In this document: piece by piece, positions 30,735 through 39,628 of the stretch
How the letters are laid out: each line of letters opens with the position of its first letter
Position numbering within the stretch: position 1 is the first letter of the stretch
Assembly (NCBI GenBank): GCA_964499705.1
Contig: CAZCME010000009.1
Coordinates: 64,001-128,000 of the forward strand
DNA length: 64,000 nt
DNA from: an uncultured bacterium
GTDB taxonomy: Bacteria; UBA8481
Direction of reading: 5' to 3'
Notes under the pieces: model-generated
Databases searched by the model: none
The model's input: only the letters and a program-made list of their open reading frames with translations
Told to the model about the DNA's origin: nothing
Program-made: the position numbers and the translations under genes

Positions 30735-31124
30735 ATGAACGCTCTGCATTCGATCATCCTGATCTCGTCCGCTCTTGTCTCGCAGGAGGCCGCCGAGGCT
30801 CCGAGCATGCTGCCCCAGTTCATGCCGATCATCATCATGTTCATCATCTTCTACGTCGTGTTGATCGCGCCGCAGCGCCGGGAGGCGAAGGAGCGGGACA
30901 AGATGAGGTCGGAACTGAAAAAAGGCGACGAGGTCGTGACGGCCGCGGGAATTCACGGCCAGGTGGTCGGCGGCGACAAGAATACCGTGACCCTGAAGGT
31001 GGCGACGAAGGTGGAACTCGTCTTCGACCGGTCGGCGATTTCGCGGCTGGAGAAGAAAGGGGAGGGCTCGGTCTTGACGGCGCCGGCGGAAGAAGCCGGC
31101 AAGACGGGGCAGTCGGCCAAATAA
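30735..31124 (+). CDS. yajC: preprotein translocase subunit YajC
   Basis: TM segment then PQRR..LKKGDEVVTAAGIHG; follows tgt as is typical. Confidence 0.92.
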   Translation: MNALHSIILISSALVSQEAAEAPSMLPQFMPIIIMFIIFYVVLIAPQRREAKERDKMRSELKKGDEVVTAAGIHGQVVGGDKNTVTLKVATKVELVFDRSAISRLEKKGEGSVLTAPAEEAGKTGQSAK

Positions 31125-32119
31125 GAGATCTCATCCCGGCCGCCGCCGCCGCGCTCATCGTTTCCGCCGGGTCCATTCCTCTGATTCTGAAGTTGTCGCA
31201 CGCGACGGGAATGATCGATCATCCGGCCGGCATCAAGAATCACGCGGCGCCGGTTCCCTACGGCGGCGGAGTCGCGATGTACCTGGGAACGATCGCGGCG
31301 CTCCTGGCGTATCACGGATTTACTTTCCCTCCGATCACGCTCGCTATCCTGACGGCCTCGACCGTGATCTTTCTCGGAGGGCTCTGGGACGACAGGCGTC
31401 CCCTCGGAGTGGCTCCGAAATTCGCCATCCAGATCGCGGCAGCCCTCACGCTTATCATCTGCGGAGTCCATCTCAGCATTCAAATCCTTCCGCGCTGGAT
31501 GAACCTCGGACTGACCATCTTCTGGCTGGTGGCGATGTCGAACGCCGTGAACATGATCGATATCATGGACGGCCTCGCGGGCGGCGTCACCGGGATCGCC
31601 GCGCTGACATTCGGACTGATCGGCCTGCTCTTCGGGGAAATGGACCTGGCGATTCTCTCCCTCGGTCTCGCGGCGTCGATCTTCGGTTTTCTCATCTATA
31701 ATCTCCAGCCGGCCCGGATCTTCATGGGAGACGCGGGCGCGCAATTCCTCGGCTTCACCCTCGGCGCTGCCGCCGTCCAGGGCGCGTACACGACATTCAA
31801 CAGCATCGCGCTCCTGGCGCCCGTCCTTATCCTGGGCTTGCCGCTGTATGACATGGCGCTGGTCTCCGTCATAAGACTGGAGCGTGGGCATTCTCCGTTT
31901 CGGGGGAGCGCGGATCACGTGGCGCTGAGGCTGCGCCGCATGGGATTATCCGTCGCGTGGACCGTGAGGATCTGCTATCTCGGAACCGCCATCCTCTGTG
32001 TCGCCGCAGTCGCCGCCACCATGGTATCGCTGGAATATGCATCCTGGATTTACGGAGCGACGTTCCTGGCCGCGATCCTCTGCGGTTTTCGTCTCGCCGA
32101 TGTGGAGCCCGCGAAATGA
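31121..32119 (+). CDS. MraY/WecA-family polyprenyl-phosphate sugar-1-phosphate transferase
   Basis: KNH..PVPYGGG, GLWDD, NAVNMIDIMDGL, IFMGDAGA; frame is open back to an ATA at 31121 that adds the expected first TM helix (the ORF track starts at TTG 31193). Confidence 0.85.
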   Translation: MRDLIPAAAAALIVSAGSIPLILKLSHATGMIDHPAGIKNHAAPVPYGGGVAMYLGTIAALLAYHGFTFPPITLAILTASTVIFLGGLWDDRRPLGVAPKFAIQIAAALTLIICGVHLSIQILPRWMNLGLTIFWLVAMSNAVNMIDIMDGLAGGVTGIAALTFGLIGLLFGEMDLAILSLGLAASIFGFLIYNLQPARIFMGDAGAQFLGFTLGAAAVQGAYTTFNSIALLAPVLILGLPLYDMALVSVIRLERGHSPFRGSADHVALRLRRMGLSVAWTVRICYLGTAILCVAAVAATMVSLEYASWIYGATFLAAILCGFRLADVEPAK

Positions 32120-32697
32120 TCATCGGGGTGACGGGATCGATCGGCGCCGGGAAAAGCTCGTTTGCGGCGGCTCTTGTCGAGGAAATCGGGAGAAGTCGTG
32201 GACCTGCGGTCCTTTTTGATGCCGACCGCGTGGCGAGGGAAGTTCTTCAGGAGCAATTACAGCTGATCGCGGCGGAATTCGGGAAGGATATCATCGGCGC
32301 GGATGGCGCGCCGGACAGGGCCAGGATCGCGGAGAGAGCGTTCCGAGACGAGGAATCCGCTGGGAAGTTGAACAGCATGATCCATCCGGGCGTTTACGCG
32401 AGGGCGCGGGTCGAGCTGGATGCTCTGCGCGACAGGAACGCGGCCGTCATACTCGATGTGCCGCTTCTTTTCGAGAGCGGAATGAACGAGCTGTGCGATG
32501 TCGTGTTCGCGGTCACGGCGGACGATGAGCGGAGGAGGAAGCGAGCGGAAAAATTCGGCGACGTGCGCGCGAGGGAGCGTTTTCAATGGAGCCAGGCGGC
32601 GAAAGCGGCGCGTGCGGACGTCGTCATCTCCAATGACGGATCGCTCGAAGAGCTTCGCGCGAAGATACCACAGGCGATCGAAAAAATATTCTCCTGA
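32116..32697 (+). CDS. coaE: dephospho-CoA kinase
   Basis: MIIGVTGSIGAGKS, DAD, IHP, DVPLLFE, ADVVISNDG; ATGA overlap with upstream gene. Confidence 0.93.
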   Translation: MIIGVTGSIGAGKSSFAAALVEEIGRSRGPAVLFDADRVAREVLQEQLQLIAAEFGKDIIGADGAPDRARIAERAFRDEESAGKLNSMIHPGVYARARVELDALRDRNAAVILDVPLLFESGMNELCDVVFAVTADDERRRKRAEKFGDVRARERFQWSQAAKAARADVVISNDGSLEELRAKIPQAIEKIFS

Positions 32698-32778
32698 CCG
32701 GAGCGGATTTGATAGCATGAGCGCTCGAACGACAGACACACGGCTGGGAACGCGGCAGAGAACGGGGAGGAAGGGAAC

Positions 32779-33429
32779 ATGATGATTCGCGGAGGAAGAA
32801 GACGTCGCGGGGATGTGCTCCTCGCGCTCAACCCGACTCGCATCGGCATGCTCTCCGGCGCCCTCGTCTCCATCGTCGTGCTGACCTTCGCCCTGGGCTA
32901 TTATCTCGGCCGCGCCTCGAACGGAATTCCGGTCGGGGCGGAACGTGCTTCTGCGATGATCGAACCGTCCACCGCCGTCACATCTGTGAATTCATCTTCG
33001 CCAAAGCCCGCTCCGGTTTCGATATCCCCGCCGGTTGCCGCCGCGCGGCCGGATACCGTCCGCGCGACGCCGCAGCGGACCGAATCCGTTCGTCCGGCTG
33101 TGGCGCCACCCGCGGCAGCGCCTGCGCCGGCATCGACCTCCACTTCGGGATATCGCTACGCCATCGTCGCGGGCTCGGTTCCGATCGGCGACGATCTCGA
33201 GGCGGCCAAGGCGGACGCCGATCGGCGCGTGAGCGAGCTGCGCGCGAAGGGATTCCGCGAGGCGCGCGCGGACCGGGTCGAGATCGCGGGCAAGGGTTCC
33301 TACTTCCGCGTCGTGGCGCGCGAGGCGATCTATCCTTCAGCGAGCGTGGCGAAGCGGGATATCGAGTCGATGAAGCGGCGGGGAGAAATCGCTTCCGGAT
33401 TTCCGGTAAAACTGGGTGATGCGAAATGA
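32779..33429 (+). CDS. SPOR-domain membrane-anchored cell-division-type protein
   Basis: N-terminal TM (..FALGYYLGR), Pro/Ala/Ser linker, C-terminal SPOR-like region (KGSYFRV). Confidence 0.7.
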   Translation: MMIRGGRRRRGDVLLALNPTRIGMLSGALVSIVVLTFALGYYLGRASNGIPVGAERASAMIEPSTAVTSVNSSSPKPAPVSISPPVAAARPDTVRATPQRTESVRPAVAPPAAAPAPASTSTSGYRYAIVAGSVPIGDDLEAAKADADRRVSELRAKGFREARADRVEIAGKGSYFRVVAREAIYPSASVAKRDIESMKRRGEIASGFPVKLGDAK

Positions 33430-34349
33430 TGAACGACCATGCGGGATTGCTTGTGGTCGGTTCTGTCGCCTTCGATCATGTGCGCACTCCTCTCGGAGAA
33501 GCGCCGGAATCCCTGGGAGGCGCCGCGACGTATTTCAGCGTCGCAGCCAGCATTCTCTACAGGCCCGTCCGGCTTGTCGGTGTCGTCGGCAAGGATTTTC
33601 CCGAGGACGTCGTCAAGATGCTCGAATCGCGCGGCATCGATTGTTCCGGCCTGTCGAAGGTCGAGGGGAAGACATTCCGGTGGAAGGGTTACTACGAGGG
33701 CGACATGAACGCGGCGGTGACCGAGGAGACGCACCTGAATGTCTTCGGTTCTTTTCGGCCCGATCTCCCTGAGAACCTCCGCAATCCGGATTATCTCTTT
33801 CTCGCCAACATCGATCCCGAGATCCAGCTCGATGTGCTCCGCCAGGTCAGGCGTCCGCGCACGGTCGCGGCGGACACGATGAACTTCTGGATCTCGTCCA
33901 AGCTCGATGCCTTGAAGAAGCTGATCGCCGAGGTCGACATCCTTGTCCTGAACGAAGGGGAGGCGGTCCAGTTGACGTCCCACACGAATCTCTTCGCGGC
34001 CGCTCGGGATGTGCTGGCGATGGGCCCGCGCGTCGTCGTCATCAAGAAGGGCGGCAACGGCGCGATGATCGTGAACCGGGATCATATCGGGCTTGTTCCG
34101 GCATTTCCCCTGGAGAAGGTGATCGATCCGACAGGGGCCGGCGATTCGTTCGGCGGCGGTCTGATGGCTTCGCTGGCGCGCGACGGTTGCGACCACATGG
34201 ACTTTCTCGCCCTGAGAAAAGCCGCGGCATACGGCTCCGTGATCGCCTCCTTCAACTGCGAGTCGTTCTCCATGGACAGGATGAGGCGATTGACGGTGAC
34301 GGATGTCGACGAGAGATTCGACCGTCTCCGGTATTTCGCGTCGTTTTAG
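33426..34349 (+). CDS. PfkB-family carbohydrate kinase
   Basis: VGSVAFD, LGGAATY, NEGEA, KKGGNG, DPTGAGDSFGGG. Confidence 0.92.
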   Translation: MMNDHAGLLVVGSVAFDHVRTPLGEAPESLGGAATYFSVAASILYRPVRLVGVVGKDFPEDVVKMLESRGIDCSGLSKVEGKTFRWKGYYEGDMNAAVTEETHLNVFGSFRPDLPENLRNPDYLFLANIDPEIQLDVLRQVRRPRTVAADTMNFWISSKLDALKKLIAEVDILVLNEGEAVQLTSHTNLFAAARDVLAMGPRVVVIKKGGNGAMIVNRDHIGLVPAFPLEKVIDPTGAGDSFGGGLMASLARDGCDHMDFLALRKAAAYGSVIASFNCESFSMDRMRRLTVTDVDERFDRLRYFASF

Positions 34350-34362
34350 GAACGATCGAACC

Positions 34363-35658
34363 ATGAAAGAAGAGCGGCGCAGGACAAAACCTCTCCGGGT
34401 CGGCCTTGTCGGCTGCGGTGTCGTCGGAGGCGGAGTCGCCGAGGCGCTCCTGCAGAAATCTCCGCCTTGGGATGCGGGATCCGGCGTCCCCCTGATCGAG
34501 CTTGCGCGCGTGGCGGATGTCCGGTGGGCGGATGCCCTCGTGCCGAAGGCGCTCCGGTGTTCCGATATCTCCGAGATCATGAACGACGAATCGATCGACG
34601 TGGTCGTGGAGCTGGTCGGCGGCACGACGTTCGCCTACACGGTGATCGATCGCGCGTTATCCGCGGGAAAAAATGTCGTCACCGCGAACAAGGCGCTCCT
34701 GGCCGAGCGGGGCGACGCGCTCTTCGCGAAGGCGAAGAAGATGAACAAGGACATCGCCTTCGAGGCCGCGGTGGCGGGCGGGATCCCGATTCTCGACGCG
34801 ATCCGGAGCGGACTGGCGGCGAACAGGATCGAGAAAGTCTTCGGGATCCTGAACGGAACGACGAACTACATCCTGACGAAGATGGCGGAGACCGGGCAGT
34901 CCTTCGACTCGGCCCTGAAGTCGGCGCAGGAGCTCGGATTCGCGGAAGCGGATCCCACGCTCGACGTGGAAGGCATCGACGCCGCGCACAAGATCCATCT
35001 CCTGGCCGCGCTGGCGCTCGGCCGGCGCATTCCGATGAAGCGCATCCCGGTGCAGGGAATCCGGAGCGTCAGCGCGATGGACATTTCCTACGCCGAGCAG
35101 CTCGGCTGCCGGATCAAGCTGCTGGCGGTCGCGAAACGGATCGGCGACGGGATCGAGATCAGCGTCGCGCCGACGCTGGTGCCGAGCGCGCATCCGCTGG
35201 CGAATGTGAACAACGAGTTGAACGGAGTCTTCGTGCAGGGCGAGCTTGTCGGCGAGGCGCTCTTCGTGGGTCGGGGCGCCGGCCGGTATCCGACCGCTTC
35301 AGCCGTCATCTCCGATCTCATCGACCTGGCCCGGGTTCCGCGCGGCGGTTACGTGGCCCGGATGACGGGAGCATCCACGGCGCGTCCGGTTCCCGCGGAG
35401 GATTATCACTCGCGATACTACCTGCGTATCACCGCGGCCGACAGGCCGGGCGTGCTGGCGGCGGTAACGGGCATCCTAGGCCGCGCCGGAATCTCCATCG
35501 CCTCGGTCGTCCAGCTCGAACGTCAGTCTCCGGATGAACCCGTCCCTGTCGCGCTCCTGACGCACGAGTCGACCGCGGCGCGGATGGCCAAGGCGGTCAT
35601 GCGGATCAACAAGCTCCCCGTGGTGAAGGCGAAGACCGTCGTCTTTCCGGTCGTATAG
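34363..35658 (+). CDS. hom: homoserine dehydrogenase with C-terminal ACT domain
   Basis: GCGVVG, VVTANKA, FEAAVAGGIP, GILNGTTNYIL, GFAEADPTLDVEGIDAAHK, DRPGVLA. Confidence 0.96.
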   Translation: MKEERRRTKPLRVGLVGCGVVGGGVAEALLQKSPPWDAGSGVPLIELARVADVRWADALVPKALRCSDISEIMNDESIDVVVELVGGTTFAYTVIDRALSAGKNVVTANKALLAERGDALFAKAKKMNKDIAFEAAVAGGIPILDAIRSGLAANRIEKVFGILNGTTNYILTKMAETGQSFDSALKSAQELGFAEADPTLDVEGIDAAHKIHLLAALALGRRIPMKRIPVQGIRSVSAMDISYAEQLGCRIKLLAVAKRIGDGIEISVAPTLVPSAHPLANVNNELNGVFVQGELVGEALFVGRGAGRYPTASAVISDLIDLARVPRGGYVARMTGASTARPVPAEDYHSRYYLRITAADRPGVLAAVTGILGRAGISIASVVQLERQSPDEPVPVALLTHESTAARMAKAVMRINKLPVVKAKTVVFPVV

Positions 35659-35673
35659 GTTTCGAGAAACATC

Positions 35674-36858
35674 ATGGGTCGGAAAGTGCTTCTCATCCTG
35701 GACGGGGCCAGCGACGATCCGGTCGACGAGCTCGGCGGGCGCACTCCCCTCGATGCCGCCGCGACTCCGCAGATGGACTTCCTGGCGCAGAGGGGCGTGG
35801 TCGGATGGGCGCAGACCGTGCCGCCCGAGTTCACGGCCGCATCCGATGTCGCCAACCTGACGCTCCTGGGGCACGATCCGCGCGGGATCTACACGGGACG
35901 CGGCCCGCTGGAAGCGGCGGCCATGGGCATCGAACTTGCGGAAGGCGAGCTCGCCTTTCGCGTGAACACGATCTCCATCACCGACGACGATCGGATGAAG
36001 GACTACTCCGCCGGCCACATCACAACCGAGGAAGCCGCCGCCGTGATCGAGTCGTGCAAGCCGATCATCGCGGCCAACGGAGGGACATTGTACGCGGGCG
36101 TGCAGTACCGGCACCTGATGCGGAGATGGGACGGGCTCGATGCCGGCTCGTTTCCGCCGCATGACAACATCGGCCGGCCGCTGGCGGAGATGAAACCCGG
36201 TGGAGCCCTGGGGCGCATCGTGGACGAGACGCGGGTGCTGTTACGTGATCATCCCGTGAATGTGAAGCGGCGCGCCGCCGGGAAAAATACCGTGGACGCG
36301 CTCTGGCCGTGGGGCCAGGGAAAAGGTGTCAAGCTGCGGACGATCCAGGAAATTTACGGATCAAGCGGTTCGCTCGTGTCGGCCGTGGATCTTATCCGGG
36401 GCATCGGAGTTCTCGCGGGATTCAGGATTCTCCACGTTCCCGGCATCACCGGCTTTTACGACACGAACTACGCGGGCAAGGCGGAGCATGCGATCGCGGC
36501 CCTGAAGGGTGGAGATGACGTCGTCGTCATTCACGTCGAATCTCCGGACGAAGCCGGGCATGCGGGGGATGCGCAGGAGAAAGTGCGCGCGATCGAAGCG
36601 ATCGATCGGGAGATCGTGGCGCGTCTTGTGCGGGAGATTCCCGACCTGGCTATCGCCGTCGCTCCGGACCACGCGACCTTCGTGAAAACGCGCGTGCACG
36701 GTTCCGGGCCGGTGCCGTACCTGATCGCGGACCTGAATCATCCCTTGAAGGGTCCCGCCGGGTATGCGGAGAAATACGCGAAGGGGGAACCGATCGCCGG
36801 CATCAAGCCGTTCCGGCGCCTGATGGAACTCGATCGGGGAGGACCAGTCCCTAAATAG
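35674..36858 (+). CDS. apgM: cofactor-independent phosphoglycerate mutase-like protein (ApgM family; proposed homoserine kinase subfamily)
   Basis: LILDGASD, TPLDAAATP.MD, SDVANL, GRGPLEAA, HVESPDEAGH, PDHAT. Confidence 0.85.
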   Translation: MGRKVLLILDGASDDPVDELGGRTPLDAAATPQMDFLAQRGVVGWAQTVPPEFTAASDVANLTLLGHDPRGIYTGRGPLEAAAMGIELAEGELAFRVNTISITDDDRMKDYSAGHITTEEAAAVIESCKPIIAANGGTLYAGVQYRHLMRRWDGLDAGSFPPHDNIGRPLAEMKPGGALGRIVDETRVLLRDHPVNVKRRAAGKNTVDALWPWGQGKGVKLRTIQEIYGSSGSLVSAVDLIRGIGVLAGFRILHVPGITGFYDTNYAGKAEHAIAALKGGDDVVVIHVESPDEAGHAGDAQEKVRAIEAIDREIVARLVREIPDLAIAVAPDHATFVKTRVHGSGPVPYLIADLNHPLKGPAGYAEKYAKGEPIAGIKPFRRLMELDRGGPVPK

Positions 36859-36894
36859 TTTTCGACTCCGATGCGGGCATCAGCCCGGAGGCGA

Positions 36895-37404
36895 TTATCG
36901 GCCGCAGCACTTCTTGAACTTCATCCCGCTGCCGCAGGGACAGGGATCGTTGCGTCCGACCTTCGGGCTGTCGCGCACAAACGGGACGAGCGGCGCCTGC
37001 TCCTCGTCTCCTTCCGGCCCCTGCGTCTTGCCATCCACGAAGTACCATCGATTGTCGTCGGGATCCCTGCGGAATTGCGCGATCTCGTGGTGGTCGATCA
37101 CCTTGTCGGCGGTCTTGTAATGCGCGACGAATTCGACCGTGGCTTCGTTCCCGTTTTCCTCGGACCTGATGACATCGAGCCCGCGCCATTCCGAACCGGT
37201 CGACCACTGCCGGACATTCGCCTCGTCGAAATCCTTCCGCGTTTCCGGCGCCATCGTCTCCCTGATGTACGGCACGCGCGCCATCGTATAGGCCGTGTAA
37301 CGCGACCGCATGAGGGCCTCGGCCGTGGGAGCATGCTTCGCTCCCGAGATGAAGAGTTCGCAACAGGACGAAAATTCGATCTGACTACCGCAAGCGCATG
37401 ACAT
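36895..37404 (-). CDS. ychJ: YchJ-family SEC-C motif protein
   Basis: [44 protein letters not shown]. Confidence 0.93.
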   Translation of the reverse strand: MSCACGSQIEFSSCCELFISGAKHAPTAEALMRSRYTAYTMARVPYIRETMAPETRKDFDEANVRQWSTGSEWRGLDVIRSEENGNEATVEFVAHYKTADKVIDHHEIAQFRRDPDDNRWYFVDGKTQGPEGDEEQAPLVPFVRDSPKVGRNDPCPCGSGMKFKKCCGR

Positions 37405-37491
37405 GAAAGAGGCTCCTTTGGAGCAGGAACTATATCAGAAGATGCCGCGGTTGTTCAGAGGGAATATGAATGGAAAATACGGGATTCGTCC

Positions 37492-38097
37492 TCAGGGTAT
37501 GAGAATGTGATGCCATACTTCGGCCAGGGCAAGGCACGATAAGGCGGCCAGCGAGGTCCGGTATTCCCTATGCGAGAGAAACTTCCGGAAGTCCCAGGAC
37601 AAATCAATGGTCGCGGGCACCCTCCATGGAAAGATCGCCGGTTTTTCCACCATGTAACGCGCGTATTCTTCTCCGAATTTCCCGAGCATTTCCGATTCCT
37701 CGCGGCGCATCTTGGGGATGTAAATGCATGAGGCGAAAATCGCCACGACCATGATATTCTCGATGCCGTCGTCGATAATGATGCAGGCTCCGATCGCAAT
37801 CAGCAGCGAGCCGACATAAAGCGGGTGACGAACGATCGCGTAAGGACCTTCGCGACAGACACGACTGGCTTTGGTGATGACTCCGGCCGCCCATGCCCTC
37901 AACAGGCAACCGCTCAAAACTATGAAAAGTCCCATCGTGCCGATGATGTCGGCACGCCCATCCAGGAGGCCGTCCAGATCATGGGGGATGACGCCCTCGC
38001 TCAGATCTTCGATGAGAAGGAGACCGCCTGCAAGAAATGCCAGAGGAATCCGGCGGCGCGACAACCAATGGAAAAGACGACTAGCCACGATGTTCAT
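37492..38097 (-). CDS. isoprenylcysteine carboxyl methyltransferase / PEMT-family membrane protein
   Basis: GPYAIVRHPLYVGS, REE..M..KFGEEYARY. Confidence 0.85.
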   Translation of the reverse strand: MNIVASRLFHWLSRRRIPLAFLAGGLLLIEDLSEGVIPHDLDGLLDGRADIIGTMGLFIVLSGCLLRAWAAGVITKASRVCREGPYAIVRHPLYVGSLLIAIGACIIIDDGIENIMVVAIFASCIYIPKMRREESEMLGKFGEEYARYMVEKPAIFPWRVPATIDLSWDFRKFLSHREYRTSLAALSCLALAEVWHHILIP

Positions 38098-38177
38098 GTG
38101 TGAAGTCTATCCTCAGGATGCGCGTGTGTCATGCGCTGTGAAGGCAGCTCGGAAGTTCCCCGTCCGATGGTGGAAAA

Positions 38178-38340
38178 TTAACAGGATGGGCAGGATTTGG
38201 GGTTGATAGAATCCGAAATCGAGAGGAATGGAAAGATTGGACGGTGATCTTTCTCCGTCTTTCGGTTGTGAGACCTGTTGATTCTTTTTTTGGGCTCACG
38301 TGTCTTGAATCGATCCTGCCTATCCTGCTCATCCTGTTAA
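38178..38340. repeat. intergenic inverted-repeat element built of 9-nt CAGGAT-core units
   Basis: ttaacaggatgggcaggat (38178-38196) vs atcctgctcatcctgttaa (38322-38340): 18/19 complementary; extra unit atcctgcct at 38313; 125-nt AT-richer interior. Confidence 0.8.
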
Positions 38341-38367
38341 AAATATTGGAACGTGAACATCCGAAGG

Positions 38368-39493
38368 CTACTGCCCGTATCGTCGTCCCAGTTCGAGGAG
38401 ATCCTCCTCGTTGATGAGGCCGTCGACGCCGTTTGCGCCGATGTCGAAGAGCTCGCTGTATTGCAGGGAGAGTCGGTAGCGCGGGAGGATCTGCATGACG
38501 TCGAGGACGGTGACGCCCGAATCGCCCGTGAAGTCGCCCATGCGACGCGGCGGGGTACCCGTGTGGGTCGACGAGAAGAAGCTCTCGTTGAATATCGGAG
38601 CATTGTCGCAGGCCGTGATGACATAGTGATACGCGATGCCGGCCGCGGCGGTCGTGTCGGTGAAGGCGAGCGCGGTCGTTTCTCCGATCCGCGTCCAGGA
38701 ATCCGGCTGCGCCGCGCGGGTGCGATAGATCCTGTAGCGGGCGATACCTGTCGCTCCGGAGTAGCCGTCTTCATTCGTCGCCGAAGCGTTCCACGTGATC
38801 CGCAGATAGGGATAGGGGCTGTCGCTGCCGGTCAGAGCGGGCGCGGCCGGCGCGGTGGTGTCGGCGCCCGGTGTCGTGTCGGCGGGGCCGAGCCGCCAGG
38901 GCTGGCACACGACCGCGCTCCGGCCCGGACCCGCGATGCGGCCATGGAGGGTGGAGGAGTCGGCCGATCCCCACCAGTTTCGCGTCGCGGTGATCGGGCT
39001 GAGCGTCGCGCTGAAGAGCCCGGAGTCGGGATGCGCCGGAGAAGCGCCGAGGTTATTTCTGCCGAGGATCGCGCTCGTGACCGTGGCATCGATCCAGATC
39101 GACCTTGCTCTCGATCTCCACGTTCAACGATTGCGCGACGAACGCCACGAAATAACAGAACGCGGTCCGGGAATCCCACGCGGTCTTGTCGACATTCTGC
39201 CCGCTGAGGATGTAAGACACGGGAGACGTCTCCGGCAACCCGGCCGAACCGGACGCCGAGAGGAGATTGTAAGCCGCCGCGAGGCTGTCCTTCTCCGCCT
39301 GTGTCCAGCCGGAGATCTTCTTCTCGGCCGCCGAGACAGGATCCTGCCAGACGATCGAGGATTCCACGCGGGGGTTCTGCGCCAGCCAGGCCCACATGTC
39401 GGCCGCGGGATCGGCGCGCGCCGTGGAGCCGAAGGATGCGAACAGGACAAGCAGGAAGGAAAACAGCGCCCGCCATGAGGAGACTCGCCGCAT
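38368..39493 (-). pseudogene. frameshifted/deleted secreted protein (signal peptide + RNWWG module + Fn3 + dockerin-like C-terminus)
   Basis: 5' frame (MRRVSS..TARA/DPAAD) stops at 39053; a second frame from about 39100 reads IWIDATV..RNWWGSADSS..WRLGPADTTPGADTTAPAAP, Fn3 and GDFTGDSGVTVLD..DGLINEEDL; that frame has a TGA just upstream of the junction. Confidence 0.75.
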
Positions 39494-39628
39494 ATCGAAG
39501 GGTGAAGAATATCGTATATCGCTCGAATACCGCAGGGAAACTCGCGTATCAAAAAGTACTCATATATCTCCACGGGGATCGCGTCCATATGGACATCCCA
39601 CCCGACATATCTGATACTCGACAGCAGC

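Noticed and set aside
28281-30956. Antisense ORFs of 437 and 442 aa over the GGDEF and tgt genes
   Set aside because: Mirror frames of well-supported genes, with no motifs
30735-31124. tgt-yajC without downstream secD/secF
   Set aside because: Ordinary gene-order variation, not informative on its own
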